Positions 32,135 to 42,097 of a stretch of DNA of 64,000 nt are shown one piece after another. The DNA is from Nitrospirota bacterium (GTDB lineage Bacteria > Nitrospirota > UBA9217): assembly GCA_963737155.1 (NCBI GenBank), contig CAVTRN010000002.1, forward strand, positions 1,088,001-1,152,000, in the 5' to 3' direction. A model generated the notes under the pieces. The model worked only from the letters and a program-made list of their open reading frames with translations, did no database searches and had not been told where the DNA came from. The stretch's first letter is position 1, and each line of letters opens with the position of its first letter. Both the position numbers and the translations under genes were made by a program.

Positions 32135-32320
32135 ATGTACATGGTAACAATCGACAAAAACAAGTGCGATGGAGACGGCACCTGTGTGAACGTGTGTCCG
32201 CAATCGGTGTTCAAGGTTGAGGGTGGCAAAGCCGACGCGGTGAACATGTCGGAGTGCATCAATTGTCAGACCTGCGTGGAAAACTGCCCACAGCAGGCAA
32301 TTATCGTTAACGAAATATAA
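32135..32320 (+). CDS. Ferredoxin (copy B) with CxxDxxC first cluster motif
   Basis: CDGDGTCVNVCP and CINCQTCVENCP; SD AGGAGG. Confidence 0.95.
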   Translation: MYMVTIDKNKCDGDGTCVNVCPQSVFKVEGGKADAVNMSECINCQTCVENCPQQAIIVNEI

Positions 32321-32339
32321 ACCAATGCAGCGAATCATG

Positions 32340-32373
32340 AAAAAGGGGACCGATGTTAATCGGTCCCCTTTTT
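32340..32373. terminator. Bidirectional intrinsic terminator
   Basis: AAAAAGGGGACCGAT-gtta-ATCGGTCCCCTTTTT between convergent genes. Confidence 0.85.
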
Positions 32374-32414
32374 CAGCAGCGGGAAGGCATTCGAGAAAAA
32401 CCGGTGCCGTCAGG

Positions 32415-33188
32415 CTAATTCTTCTTTTCCACAAGCTTTTGGAACGCCGTAAAGATGTCGATAGGAATGGGAAATACGATGGTTGTATTTTTTTCCGAGC
32501 CGATCTCGACAAGTGTCTGGAGATAACGGAGCTGCAACGCGGTCGGATTTTTGCTGAGGACTTCTGCCGCTTCTGACAGTTTCGCCGATGCTTGAAGCTC
32601 GCCTTCCGCATTGATGATCTTGGCTCGTCTTTCCCGCTCCGCCTGCGCCTGGATCGCAATGGCCCTCTGCATCTCGGCCGGCAGATCCACGTTTCTGACC
32701 TCGACTGTAGTCACCTTTACTCCCCACGGTTCTGTCTGCTGATCGATCACTTTCTGCAGCTCTGCATTGATTGCCTCCCGGTTCGAAAGCAGGTCGTCAA
32801 ACATGTTCTGGCCGAGGATGCTTCTGAGTGTGGTTTGGGCGATGAGTGAAGTGGCGTAGTAGAAATCCTCCACTTCGACGACGGCTTTGCGGGGTTCGAT
32901 GATCCGAAAATAAACCACGGCGTTGACTTTAACTGTTACGTTGTCCCTGGTAATCACATCCTGGGACGGAACATCCATGGTAACAGTTCGAAGGCTTACG
33001 CGGACCATCTTCTGTATGCCGGGGATGAGGATGATTATGCCCGGCCCTTTTACTCCACCTTCCAGAGCAACCTTCCCGAGTGTAAATATGACACCCCGTT
33101 CATACTGCTTCAGTATCTTGACCGTGTTGAAGAAAAACCACACTAAGATGATTATCGCTACGAGTAGACTGAGACCTATTGCCTGCAT
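32415..33188 (-). CDS. SPFH/stomatin (slipin) family protein
   Basis: [49 protein letters not shown]. Confidence 0.95.
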   Translation of the reverse strand: MQAIGLSLLVAIIILVWFFFNTVKILKQYERGVIFTLGKVALEGGVKGPGIIILIPGIQKMVRVSLRTVTMDVPSQDVITRDNVTVKVNAVVYFRIIEPRKAVVEVEDFYYATSLIAQTTLRSILGQNMFDDLLSNREAINAELQKVIDQQTEPWGVKVTTVEVRNVDLPAEMQRAIAIQAQAERERRAKIINAEGELQASAKLSEAAEVLSKNPTALQLRYLQTLVEIGSEKNTTIVFPIPIDIFTAFQKLVEKKN

Positions 33189-33272
33189 GTTCAACCCTCC
33201 TTCATGAGTTTACTGACAAATTCGCAGCCACCAATGATGATCCGATGTCACGAGTATGATGCTATAGCGGTA

Positions 33273-34613
33273 TCAGATAATCTTTTTCACCTTCACTTTG
33301 AGTCCTTCAATCACCTCTACCTTCACCTTGTCGCCAGCTTTAATTGGCTCATCGCTCCAGGCATTCCAGAACTCCCCGCGCAGGAACACCTGACCGTTCT
33401 CACGGATGTCCGTTTTAGCTTTTCCTTCAAGCCCAATCATGCCCTCTTTGCCGGTATCCGCTTTTTCGCGGTGCACCCGTACAGCAAGGCGTACGGTAAT
33501 TATAAACAGAAGCGCAGAGAGAACCACGACCGGCACAATCACGGCCCAAGATATGTGTAAATAGGGGGAGGTCGATTCAATGAGCATGAGCGAGCCTATG
33601 GTCATGGCAATAACACCTCCGATACCGAGAACGCCATGGCTCGTGATAAAAGCTTCAGCGATAAAGAGGCCTACGCCGAGAATGATAAGCATCAGCCCTG
33701 CATAATTGATTGGAAGCGTCTGGAGCGCATAGAATGCAAGAATCAGGCAGATGGCGCCGGCAACTCCCGGGAATATTGCGCCTGGGTTCGAAAGCTCGAA
33801 ATAAAGACCGTAAAATCCTAAAATCATAAGAATATAGGCGACATTGGGATTGCTGACGATATTGAGAATTTTATAACGGAATCCCATGCTGATTTCCCGG
33901 ACGGTCGCACCATTGGTCTGAAGCTTTTTCTCCCCGCTTACGAGATCCACGGTTTTGCCGTCGATGTCCTTGAGAAGCGTCGGAATATCGGGCGCAATGA
34001 GGTCAATGACCTTTAGATTCAGCGCCTCCGTTTCGGTGATCGAAACACTTTGCCGGACCGCTTCTTCAGCCCATTTTTCGTTTCTTCCGCGCTTTTCGGC
34101 AATGCTCCGCGCCATGGCGGCGAGATCATTCACCACCTTAGTTTCCATAGTTTTGTCCATCTGCCCCTCCATGGTCACTGGATGGGCCGCCCCAATATGC
34201 GTGGTAGGGGCCATAGCGGCGATGTTTGCGGCAAGGGTAATGAAAACGCCGGCTGAAGCCGCGCGAGCTCCCGGGGGACCCACGTACACAATAACCGGAA
34301 TATCAGCGGACATCATTTTTTTTACGATTTCTCTCATGGCATCCACGAGGCCGCCGGGAGTGTCCAATTTGATAATGACTGCTTCGGCACCGGCCTGCGT
34401 CGCAGTGTCAATGACACTCGCTATATATTCGGCTATGATAGGAGTTATTGCTGCATCAACAGGTGCGACAAACACCTGTTTCCCCATGCCTCCAGAGGAA
34501 TGCCAGGTGGATTGTTTGTCTGTCCGCGAGCAGCCCGGGGGGGTAAATGCGAGAAAAAAAACGATGAGGAAAAGATGATAGATCGGTTGTGGCACAACGG
34601 TTTTCCCGTGCAT
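33273..34613 (-). CDS. nfeD: NfeD membrane-bound ClpP-class serine protease
   Basis: LDTPGG, ARAASAG, TM block, C-terminal GE.W OB domain; paired with slipin. Confidence 0.93.
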   Translation of the reverse strand: MHGKTVVPQPIYHLFLIVFFLAFTPPGCSRTDKQSTWHSSGGMGKQVFVAPVDAAITPIIAEYIASVIDTATQAGAEAVIIKLDTPGGLVDAMREIVKKMMSADIPVIVYVGPPGARAASAGVFITLAANIAAMAPTTHIGAAHPVTMEGQMDKTMETKVVNDLAAMARSIAEKRGRNEKWAEEAVRQSVSITETEALNLKVIDLIAPDIPTLLKDIDGKTVDLVSGEKKLQTNGATVREISMGFRYKILNIVSNPNVAYILMILGFYGLYFELSNPGAIFPGVAGAICLILAFYALQTLPINYAGLMLIILGVGLFIAEAFITSHGVLGIGGVIAMTIGSLMLIESTSPYLHISWAVIVPVVVLSALLFIITVRLAVRVHREKADTGKEGMIGLEGKAKTDIRENGQVFLRGEFWNAWSDEPIKAGDKVKVEVIEGLKVKVKKII

Positions 34614-34709
34614 AAATGTTCCTCTCGAATGTAAAAAGTATATACTCAATGTCCATGAGTGTCAAGAATAGCTTGACTTAAAAGGGGTTTTTCTGTAGCA
34701 TCGAAAGCG

Positions 34710-35270
34710 GTGATAAGCATGAGAGTGACCGGTGGCATGGGGAGGGGACAACGGCTGAAAGCTCCGTCAGGGTCGCGCGTGAGACCGACATCCGGCAAGG
34801 TGAAACAGGCCCTGTTCAATATTCTTGGCGACAGGGTTATTGATGCGGATTTCCTCGATCTCTTCGCAGGCGCGGGCGGCATCGGCATCGAGGCTCTTAG
34901 TCGCGGCGCCCGCCAGGCAACATTTGTGGATTCATCACGGGAGTCTCTTGCCATTGTCAGGGGCAATATTGAACAGACCGGTTTTGGGAGCCGCGCTCAC
35001 ACTGAGTTGTCTCAAGCTGAAACTTTTCTCAAAAGGCCATCAGAATCATTCGACATTATATTTCTCGACCCACCCTATGCGGACGAAATTCAGCCGTTGC
35101 TTGAGCTGATTGCCGCCACAGGGAAAGTAATACACACAGGCATAGTTATCGCCGAACACTTTAAGAAGCAGCCGTCTCCGGAGCAAGCAGGCTCTCTCGT
35201 TCTCTATCGCGAAGCGAGATACGGGGATACAGTGCTGGCTTTTTATAAAATGAGGACCTTTCCGGAATGA
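34710..35270 (+). CDS. rsmD: 16S rRNA m2G966 methyltransferase
   Basis: RPTSGKVKQALFNIL, LDLFAGAG, FLDPPY, RYGDT; upstream of coaD. Confidence 0.95.
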   Translation: MISMRVTGGMGRGQRLKAPSGSRVRPTSGKVKQALFNILGDRVIDADFLDLFAGAGGIGIEALSRGARQATFVDSSRESLAIVRGNIEQTGFGSRAHTELSQAETFLKRPSESFDIIFLDPPYADEIQPLLELIAATGKVIHTGIVIAEHFKKQPSPEQAGSLVLYREARYGDTVLAFYKMRTFPE

Positions 35271-35574
35271 GTGGGTTCCTAAAATATCGCACGAAAAACT
35301 GGGCATAAGCCGGAGCTCTTAAGTGTAAGGTCAGGCAATTTCAAATAGCAACATAACATTAGGCTGCCAAGTGTATCTAAGGTGGCATTCTATACTCAAC
35401 ACTGGAATAGCAGAATGAGTAATGGGCCATCAACCGATAATTAAAACCAAGGATCAACGTGGTTGGAAATCCGGAATAGAAAGCTGTGCGAAGTGAAAAT
35501 TTTGCCCGTGGATAATTCGTGGACGTGCATTGACGTATAAAAACGGCGTTACTTTTGACCCCAAGGAGTGAGCA

Positions 35575-36057
35575 ATGAAACACATTGCCGTCTATCCCGG
35601 AACCTTTGACCCCGTGACTAACGGTCATGTTGATTTAGTGGACCGCAGCCTTAGAATTTTCGACGAGGTGATTGTTGCTATTGCGGCGAACCCGAGGAAA
35701 CAGCCGCTTTTTTCCCTCGACGAACGCATTGACCTGTTTAGGAAGGCGATCTCGCGGTACAGGCGGGTGAAGATTGAAGGTTTCGACGGCCTTCTGGTTA
35801 ATTATGTTCGTGATAAAAAGGCGGTAGGCATCATCCGGGGTCTCCGCGCGGTATCGGATTTCGAGTATGAGATGCAGATGGCTCTGATGAATCGGAGATT
35901 GGATAGTGATATTGAAACGGTCTTTCTCATGCCTAACGAGGAGTATTCCTTCATCACGTCTACGATTGTGAAGGAAGCTGCCAGCTATGGGGGTGATATA
36001 TCCAGCCTCGTACCAAAAGTAGTAGTGGGGAGACTGAGGAAAAAGTTTGGGAAGTAG
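35575..36057 (+). CDS. coaD: Phosphopantetheine adenylyltransferase
   Basis: YPGTFDPVTNGH, RGLRAVSDFEYE. Confidence 0.98.
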   Translation: MKHIAVYPGTFDPVTNGHVDLVDRSLRIFDEVIVAIAANPRKQPLFSLDERIDLFRKAISRYRRVKIEGFDGLLVNYVRDKKAVGIIRGLRAVSDFEYEMQMALMNRRLDSDIETVFLMPNEEYSFITSTIVKEAASYGGDISSLVPKVVVGRLRKKFGK

Positions 36058-36190
36058 GTTTGGCTCCCAGAGGCAAAAGGCTGTTACCTGGGAATTGTGC
36101 ACATCTAAAGGCATTTATGACAAGAAATCCATATGTCTTGTAATTTATCCCCCCCGAAAAAATTTATCGTTAAATAGTTTATATGATATA

Positions 36191-36208
36191 TTGCGCAATG
36201 TTTCACAA
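36191..36208. promoter_or_regulatory. Rex-like palindromic operator
   Basis: TTGCGCA-ATGT-TTCACAA, 2 mismatches to TTGTGAA-N4-TTCACAA. Confidence 0.4.
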
Positions 36209-36388
36209 ATAGCAAATGTTTATCGAAGTAATGCCCGTACACGGAAAATTCCCGGAATGGATATGAAAAAGTTTTTGTATATTTTAGGTTGCTGTATTTT
36301 TTCTATTTTTCATTTACATGATTGCTAAAAGTACGTATTTTGGCGAGCGCGAAAGATTTGAAATTAATTTATCTGCTCAGGGGGAGTA

Positions 36389-36637
36389 ATGGGAGAATTG
36401 TGTAAGAGCGCTGACTGCTGTTATGCCGACTATTGTAGGAACAGTGGGAAATGCCCTGCTGTGACAAAAGAAACCAAAAAGGGAATTGCCAACAGTGTAG
36501 CGCACTTTGTCTGCAGCGATTGGCAGATATTCTCGTTATCGAGCACGCTTGAGAGTGACGGCAGGCGACTGGAAAAAATAGTTCAGGGAAAACAAACAGC
36601 CGAAGGTTGTGAGCCCTGTTTCAAATGTCCTTATTGA
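36389..36637 (+). CDS. Small Cys-rich hypothetical protein
   Basis: SD GGGGAG, 9 Cys in 82 aa, C-terminal CxxCxxCP. Confidence 0.6.
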   Translation: MGELCKSADCCYADYCRNSGKCPAVTKETKKGIANSVAHFVCSDWQIFSLSSTLESDGRRLEKIVQGKQTAEGCEPCFKCPY

Positions 36638-36700
36638 TACGCCCGGAAACACTTGCTCCGTCGATATGCATTTCTCTCTGTGTGCCTACCTCAGGTGACA

Positions 36701-37519
36701 TCATTTTTGTAATCTCTGTCTCATTGCCTCGTAGAGAATTACTGCGGCGGCCATTGCCACGTTTAGCGAATCGATTGCGGCTGCAACGGGAATACGGACG
36801 CGAAAATCGAGGTCGTCCTCAAGGTCCCGGGGCAGGCCCGCAGCCTCCTGCCCTAGGATCACTAGCGTCGGTTTCGTGAGATCAACGTCGAAATGGGTTG
36901 TTTCTCCGCTTAGGACGGTTGCCACGGTCTGAAAGCCTTTCGCCCTGCTTCTTCTGAGGAAAGTCGCTATGTCCCCTACAGGCACGACCGGAAGGCGCAG
37001 GATACTGCCCATCGAGGCGCGCACAGCCTTCGCATTATACGGGTCAACGGTGTTTGATGTTACGGCTACGCCTGATGCGCCCGCTGCTTCTGCGGTGCGG
37101 ATGATAGTGCCGAGGTTTCCGGGGTCTTGGAGCCGATGCGCAAGTACCACCATGTTCGCCTGATCAGAAATGAGTGCTTCTTCCGAATATTGTTTCATCC
37201 GGACTACGGCCATGACCGGCTGGGGTGTTTTGCTGTCTGATAAGATGTTCATCAAACGCTCCGATACCCAAAGAATCTCGACGCCCTTGCTCTCCGCCTG
37301 TCTGAGTACCCCTTTTCCATGGTGCTGAACGAGCGAAGGAGAAGCTATGACAATGTTGACTCCGATGTTGTCCCGAAGCGCCTCCTCGACTATCTTAATG
37401 CCTTCAATCAAGAAGGCCTGCTTTTTTCCCCGATGCTTGGGATCGGCGAGAGAATGAATACTTTTTATCGTGCTGTTGTCTTTGCTGGAAATTGGTGTAT
37501 GGGGGGTCGTCTTGTGCAT
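36701..37519 (-). CDS. TrmH/SpoU family RNA methyltransferase
   Basis: LQDPGNLGTIIRTA, RASMGS, LGQEAAGL, SLNVAMAA. Confidence 0.95.
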   Translation of the reverse strand: MHKTTPHTPISSKDNSTIKSIHSLADPKHRGKKQAFLIEGIKIVEEALRDNIGVNIVIASPSLVQHHGKGVLRQAESKGVEILWVSERLMNILSDSKTPQPVMAVVRMKQYSEEALISDQANMVVLAHRLQDPGNLGTIIRTAEAAGASGVAVTSNTVDPYNAKAVRASMGSILRLPVVPVGDIATFLRRSRAKGFQTVATVLSGETTHFDVDLTKPTLVILGQEAAGLPRDLEDDLDFRVRIPVAAAIDSLNVAMAAAVILYEAMRQRLQK

Positions 37520-37602
37520 GCGTGAAAGTATAGCATTAAAGCGGGAAGAATCGAACAAAAAAATCTGAGCCTGCCTTTTCCGGAAAAGAGGGGAGTGCAC
37601 CG

Positions 37603-37875
37603 CTATATTTTCATTATTCGTAACTGCTCCTGGTACTTTCGCTCCAAGTCCTGCCATTGTTTGAGCGATTCATAGCTACTTTCCCAGGTCGTGTAATCAT
37701 CTTTGAAATCACTTCCCTTGTCCAGCGTTCCGTTCCGGTATCCCTCGATGAAAGATGCCGTGTTCTTTTTGTGCTTTCGCTCCATCATGTTGAGAAATTC
37801 CACGATCCTCTTGATGGTATTACCACAGATCCTGAGTTCCCGGAGTCGAGATATGTCGAATTCATCGTTACGCAT
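37603..37875 (-). CDS. Hypothetical helical protein, divergent from iscR
   Basis: 90-aa ORF with AGGAAG SD-like site and protein-like composition. Confidence 0.65.
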   Translation of the reverse strand: MRNDEFDISRLRELRICGNTIKRIVEFLNMMERKHKKNTASFIEGYRNGTLDKGSDFKDDYTTWESSYESLKQWQDLERKYQEQLRIMKI

Positions 37876-37940
37876 GCCATCTTCCTGTTCATATAAATAT
37901 ACCACATTACAAAGTTTTGTGAAAAACAAGATGAAAAAAT

Positions 37941-37965
37941 ATACTTGACAGAAATAGTCAAGTTT
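37941..37965. promoter_or_regulatory. IscR type-1-like operator overlapping a TTGACA -35 box
   Basis: ATACTTGACAGAAATAGTCAAGTTT vs consensus ATASYYGACTRWWWYAGTCRRSTAT; upstream of iscR. Confidence 0.75.
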
Positions 37966-38048
37966 GTTATCGTTAGGTTAGCAGTCGATAGGAGCGAAGA
38001 AGTCCTGTTTCTCTCCGACCGCTCGGCAGCCGGATGGGGATGAAGAGA

Positions 38049-38525
38049 ATGAAGTTGTCCACAAAGGGGAAATATGGAGTGCGTGCTGTCTTTGAGATCG
38101 CCCGTCATTACGGCAAGGGGCCGATCACCATCAAGGAGATCGCCGACCGCCAGGGTATCTCCTTTTCCTATCTAGAGCAGATCCTGCACAAACTTGGGAA
38201 AGCGGGCGTGATCGAGAGTGTTCGCGGTCCTGCAGGCGGCTACCTCCTTGCTCGCAAACCTGCAGAGCTTACTATCGGTGACATCGTCCGGACGCTGGAG
38301 GGTCCCATTGCATTGTCTCATTGCTTGGAGCCTGGAGAATCAGGCGACTGCAATCAGGCCGATGACTGCGTGGCGCGGATGGTATGGGTTAAAGTGGGTG
38401 CCAAGATAGAAGAGGCCCTCGACAGCATCAGCTTCAACGATCTGCTGCAGAAGGAGATCCGGAAAACGTCCGTCCTTCTGAGACCCAGAAAGAAGACAGC
38501 AATGATAGGGAAGGGGGCATGTTAA
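38049..38525 (+). CDS. iscR: Rrf2 family regulator, IscR-like
   Basis: [24 protein letters not shown], three C-terminal Cys; heads iscS-iscU. Confidence 0.85.
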   Translation: MKLSTKGKYGVRAVFEIARHYGKGPITIKEIADRQGISFSYLEQILHKLGKAGVIESVRGPAGGYLLARKPAELTIGDIVRTLEGPIALSHCLEPGESGDCNQADDCVARMVWVKVGAKIEEALDSISFNDLLQKEIRKTSVLLRPRKKTAMIGKGAC

Positions 38526-38526
38526 C

Positions 38527-39711
38527 GTGAGAAAAGTATATCTTGACCATGCAGCCACGACGCCGGTTCACCCGAAAGTGCTTGAGGCGATGATGCCTTA
38601 CTTTTCTGACAGGTTCGGCAACCCTTCGAATCTGCACGATATCGGCAGGGAGGCAAAAAACGCCATTGAAGAAGCGCGGGCAAAGACCGCATCACTCATT
38701 GGTGCGAAGCCTGAGGAAATTTTCTTTACGTCCAGCGGGGCGGAGTCAAATAATTTCGCGCTCAAGGGCATTGCCTATGCGAACAACCAGAAGGGCAAAC
38801 ATATTATCGTATCGCAGATCGAGCATTTCTCAATCCTCCACCCTGCGAAAACTCTCGAAAAATCGGGGTTCAACGTTACCTATCTCCCAACCGACAGACA
38901 GGGTCTCGTGAACCCGGAGGATGTGGGCAAGGCGATCACCAAGGATACCATCCTCGTCTCTATCATGCATGCCAATAATGAGATTGGGACGATTCAGCCG
39001 ATCGAGGAAATTTCCAGGATCACGAAGGATAAGGGCGTACTCTTCCATACCGATGCGGTCGCGACTACAGGCTGGATCCCGGTGAATGTCCAGACCCTTG
39101 GGGTAGATTCGCTTTCACTCGCAGGACATCAATTCTACGGACCCAAAGGTGCAGCAGCACTATATGTGCGCAAGGGTATCCGGATCAAACCGCAGATGGA
39201 AGGCGGAATCCAGGAGGACGGTCGCAGGGCGGGAACCGAGAACGTCCCCGGGATTGTGGGGCTCGGCAGAGCCGCGGAACTTACAGCAGTCGAGATCGAA
39301 CACCGGATGTCTTACCTCGCACCACTCCGTGACCGACTGCAAAAGGGCCTTATGGAAAAGATTGACCACTTGGTCGTCAACGGTCATCCGATAAGAAGGT
39401 TACCGCAGAATCTGAATATTTCCCTGTGGTATGTCGAAGGAGAATCCATGCTCCTGTTCCTGAACATGGACGGGGTCTCGATTTCGAGCGGATCGGCATG
39501 TACCTCGCGTTCCCTCAAAGCGTCGCATGTGCTGACCTGCATCGGCACGGATGCTGCGGTCGCAAATGGAACACTGCTGATGACACTCGGCATGGGCAAT
39601 ACCGAGGAAGACATTGATTATGTTATAGAGAAGCTGCCTCCCATCGTGAAACGGCTACGGGAAATGTCGCCTCTCTATGAAGATATGATTAAAAAAGAAA
39701 AGGTCCGGTGA
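38527..39711 (+). CDS. iscS: Cysteine desulfurase (IscS/NifS type)
   Basis: [29 protein letters not shown]; note [12 protein letters not shown] at the PLP-lysine motif. Confidence 0.9.
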   Translation: MRKVYLDHAATTPVHPKVLEAMMPYFSDRFGNPSNLHDIGREAKNAIEEARAKTASLIGAKPEEIFFTSSGAESNNFALKGIAYANNQKGKHIIVSQIEHFSILHPAKTLEKSGFNVTYLPTDRQGLVNPEDVGKAITKDTILVSIMHANNEIGTIQPIEEISRITKDKGVLFHTDAVATTGWIPVNVQTLGVDSLSLAGHQFYGPKGAAALYVRKGIRIKPQMEGGIQEDGRRAGTENVPGIVGLGRAAELTAVEIEHRMSYLAPLRDRLQKGLMEKIDHLVVNGHPIRRLPQNLNISLWYVEGESMLLFLNMDGVSISSGSACTSRSLKASHVLTCIGTDAAVANGTLLMTLGMGNTEEDIDYVIEKLPPIVKRLREMSPLYEDMIKKEKVR

Positions 39712-39721
39712 GGAGGAAGCC

Positions 39722-40150
39722 ATGGAACAGTATAGTTCAAAAGTGATGGACCATTTCGCCCATCCGCACAACGTGGGTGAGATTGAGAATGCCGACGGGG
39801 TGGGTACCGTAGGGAATCCCGTATGTGGAGACGTGATGCGTCTCTATATCAAAGTTGAAGGGAACGTTATTGCTGATGCGAAGTTCAAGACCTTTGGCTG
39901 CGGCGCTGCTATCGCGACCAGCAGCATGGTCACCGATCTGGTCAAGGGAAAGACAATTGATGAGGCATTGAAGATTTCAAATGCTGCGGTGGCTGAAGCG
40001 CTCGGAGGACTGCCGAGGGTGAAAATGCACTGTTCTGTACTGGCCGAAGAAGCACTGAAGTCCGCTCTTGATGATTATTACAAGAAAAAAGGAATTCCTT
40101 CGCCCGTGCGTATGCCCGCAGAGTCAGGGCATGAGCATGACATGGAGTAA
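39722..40150 (+). CDS. iscU: Fe-S cluster scaffold IscU/NifU
   Basis: GNPVCGDVM, KTFGCGAAIA, KMHCS. Confidence 0.97.
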   Translation: MEQYSSKVMDHFAHPHNVGEIENADGVGTVGNPVCGDVMRLYIKVEGNVIADAKFKTFGCGAAIATSSMVTDLVKGKTIDEALKISNAAVAEALGGLPRVKMHCSVLAEEALKSALDDYYKKKGIPSPVRMPAESGHEHDME

Positions 40151-40235
40151 TAATATTGGAGTATGGATTTTTTGGCTTGATAATATACAGGATCGCAGAT
40201 GAGTCTGAGACCCTGAAGGGGAAATGGTTTTGTTT

Positions 40236-40478
40236 ATGGATGTTAAAATCATAAAACCCGACGTCGTTCTTGATTGTTTCGGTTTGGCTTGTCCTATGCC
40301 GATTTTAAAAACCTCGAACAAAATCAGGGAGATGGAGTCTGGCCAGGTGCTTGAGATCAAGTCCGACGATGACGGAATTGAAAAGGATATGCCAGCGTGG
40401 TGCAAGATGACGGGCAACGAGTACCTTGGGCTTGCCAAGGAGAACGGCGAATACCGGGTCTTCGTGAAAAAGACGTAG
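40236..40478 (+). CDS. tusA: TusA family sulfurtransferase
   Basis: LDCFGLACPMPI, GQVLEI.SDD, D.PAWC. Confidence 0.93.
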   Translation: MDVKIIKPDVVLDCFGLACPMPILKTSNKIREMESGQVLEIKSDDDGIEKDMPAWCKMTGNEYLGLAKENGEYRVFVKKT

Positions 40479-40967
40479 GCGATTTTCCCCCTGCGCAGTG
40501 CCTTGCGGGTGAAACTGCGGTTACGGTTTCATTGACGAAGTGGCTTGGTTCGCCGAGGGTAGATGCATGTGTCCGGCGTCTTCAGTTGTTCACCATCGAT
40601 CTTTTCTCTCCTACCGGCGATCAGCCGGTGCGAAACCTGTGTGAATGATGCAAAGACAGGTATTGCTCTTCTCCGTATTAACGTGCATCCCGCGTGTATT
40701 TTTGTGCCCATCCCTTATTTTCATTTGTCTGGGGGTTAACCCGAATTTTTCGCAGAGCCTAAAACTTACAATAAGCAATTTTTCTTTTGAGTTTGACAAG
40801 GTTGGGACGATAGTTTATTATCACTGCACGAAAGCAACGTCCCTGCAATCTAAGCGTGCTGGCACGATGAGCAGCGATTATTTTGAGCGCAATCCTGTGA
40901 TTACCCCCCGCCCTTCATTCCCCCCGCTTAGTGGGATGGTGGGCAACATTTTTTCAAGAGGAGTTTA

Positions 40968-42032
40968 ATGCAGACTATAGCAACACTCAAAGAAGGTGAC
41001 TGGGTCGAGGAAATCTATCTCGTCACGTCGAAACAGGTGTCAACAGCCAAGAATGGAGTCACGTATCTTTCGATTAAGCTCTCGGACAAAACCGGGGAGA
41101 TCGACGGCAGATTGTGGGACAATGCCGATGACGTGGCCGGGAAATTCGAACGGGAAGATTTCGTGCGCATCAAGGGCATGGCGTCGAACTACCAGGGATC
41201 AATGCAGATAAAGATGAAGACGCTTGAAAAAGTAGATGACGCCCGGGTTGAGATCGCCAACTTTATCGAAGCATCTCCGCGGAACATCGAGGAGATGGTG
41301 ACAGAACTCCGCGCGGTTGCGCCTACGGTGAACAGCAGTCATCTTCGACAGCTTATGAATGCCTTCTTGAATGACCCATCGTTTATGGAGGCATTCAAGC
41401 GCGTGCCTGCCGCTAAAACACTCCATCATAATTACATCGGCGGACTTTTGGAGCATGTTCTGGAACTTATCAGCCTCTCCCGGGACGTGGCGAAGCACTT
41501 TCCCTCGATCGATCTCGACCTACTTACGGTTGGCTCTTTTCTCCACGACATCGGCAAAGTCCGGGAGCTGACGGTGAGAAAATCAATCGGCTATACGACG
41601 GAAGGCCGGCTGCTCGGTCATATCTCGCTAGGCTACGAGATGATCGCCGGGAAAATAAATGCCATTCCGGGATTCCCTCCGGAGCTGGCCATGCTGCTCA
41701 AGCATATCATATTATCACATCATGGAGAGTATGAGTTCGGCTCTCCCAAGAGGCCCAAGATCCAGGAAGCCATAGTCATTAACTACCTGGATGACCTATC
41801 GGCAAAAATCAACAACTTCCAGGCTACATTGAAAAAGGAAAATGTGGCTGTCGGCGAGTGGACCGCCTTCAGTAAAATGCATAATCGGTATCTCTACCGG
41901 CAACTGGCTTATACCGAACTGGCGGGGGAAGCCGAGGAGACTGAAGAGAACAGAACGTCGGGCGCCGGGACCAGGAAGAGGCAGAACGATATGGGGCCCG
42001 ACTCTTCGGGTAAGCTTCCACTTGATATTTGA
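40968..42032 (+). CDS. yhaM: YhaM/Cbf1-like 3'-5' exoribonuclease (OB + HD)
   Basis: OB fold (L.DKTGEIDGRLW), PAAKTLHHNY.GGLLEH, LHDIGK, SHHG.YEFGSP. Confidence 0.92.
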   Translation: MQTIATLKEGDWVEEIYLVTSKQVSTAKNGVTYLSIKLSDKTGEIDGRLWDNADDVAGKFEREDFVRIKGMASNYQGSMQIKMKTLEKVDDARVEIANFIEASPRNIEEMVTELRAVAPTVNSSHLRQLMNAFLNDPSFMEAFKRVPAAKTLHHNYIGGLLEHVLELISLSRDVAKHFPSIDLDLLTVGSFLHDIGKVRELTVRKSIGYTTEGRLLGHISLGYEMIAGKINAIPGFPPELAMLLKHIILSHHGEYEFGSPKRPKIQEAIVINYLDDLSAKINNFQATLKKENVAVGEWTAFSKMHNRYLYRQLAYTELAGEAEETEENRTSGAGTRKRQNDMGPDSSGKLPLDI

Positions 42033-42097
42033 TGATATGTTGAGGACCATCATAAAACAAACTATGCCGGTCAACCCCAGTTGATGTTATAAAATTC

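Noticed and set aside
32415-34613. nfeD-slipin pair as a novel system next to dsr
   Set aside because: Well-known widespread operon, convergent to and terminator-separated from the dsr locus
40479-40967. mnmA or another gene after tusA
   Set aside because: Short ORFs without motifs or SD
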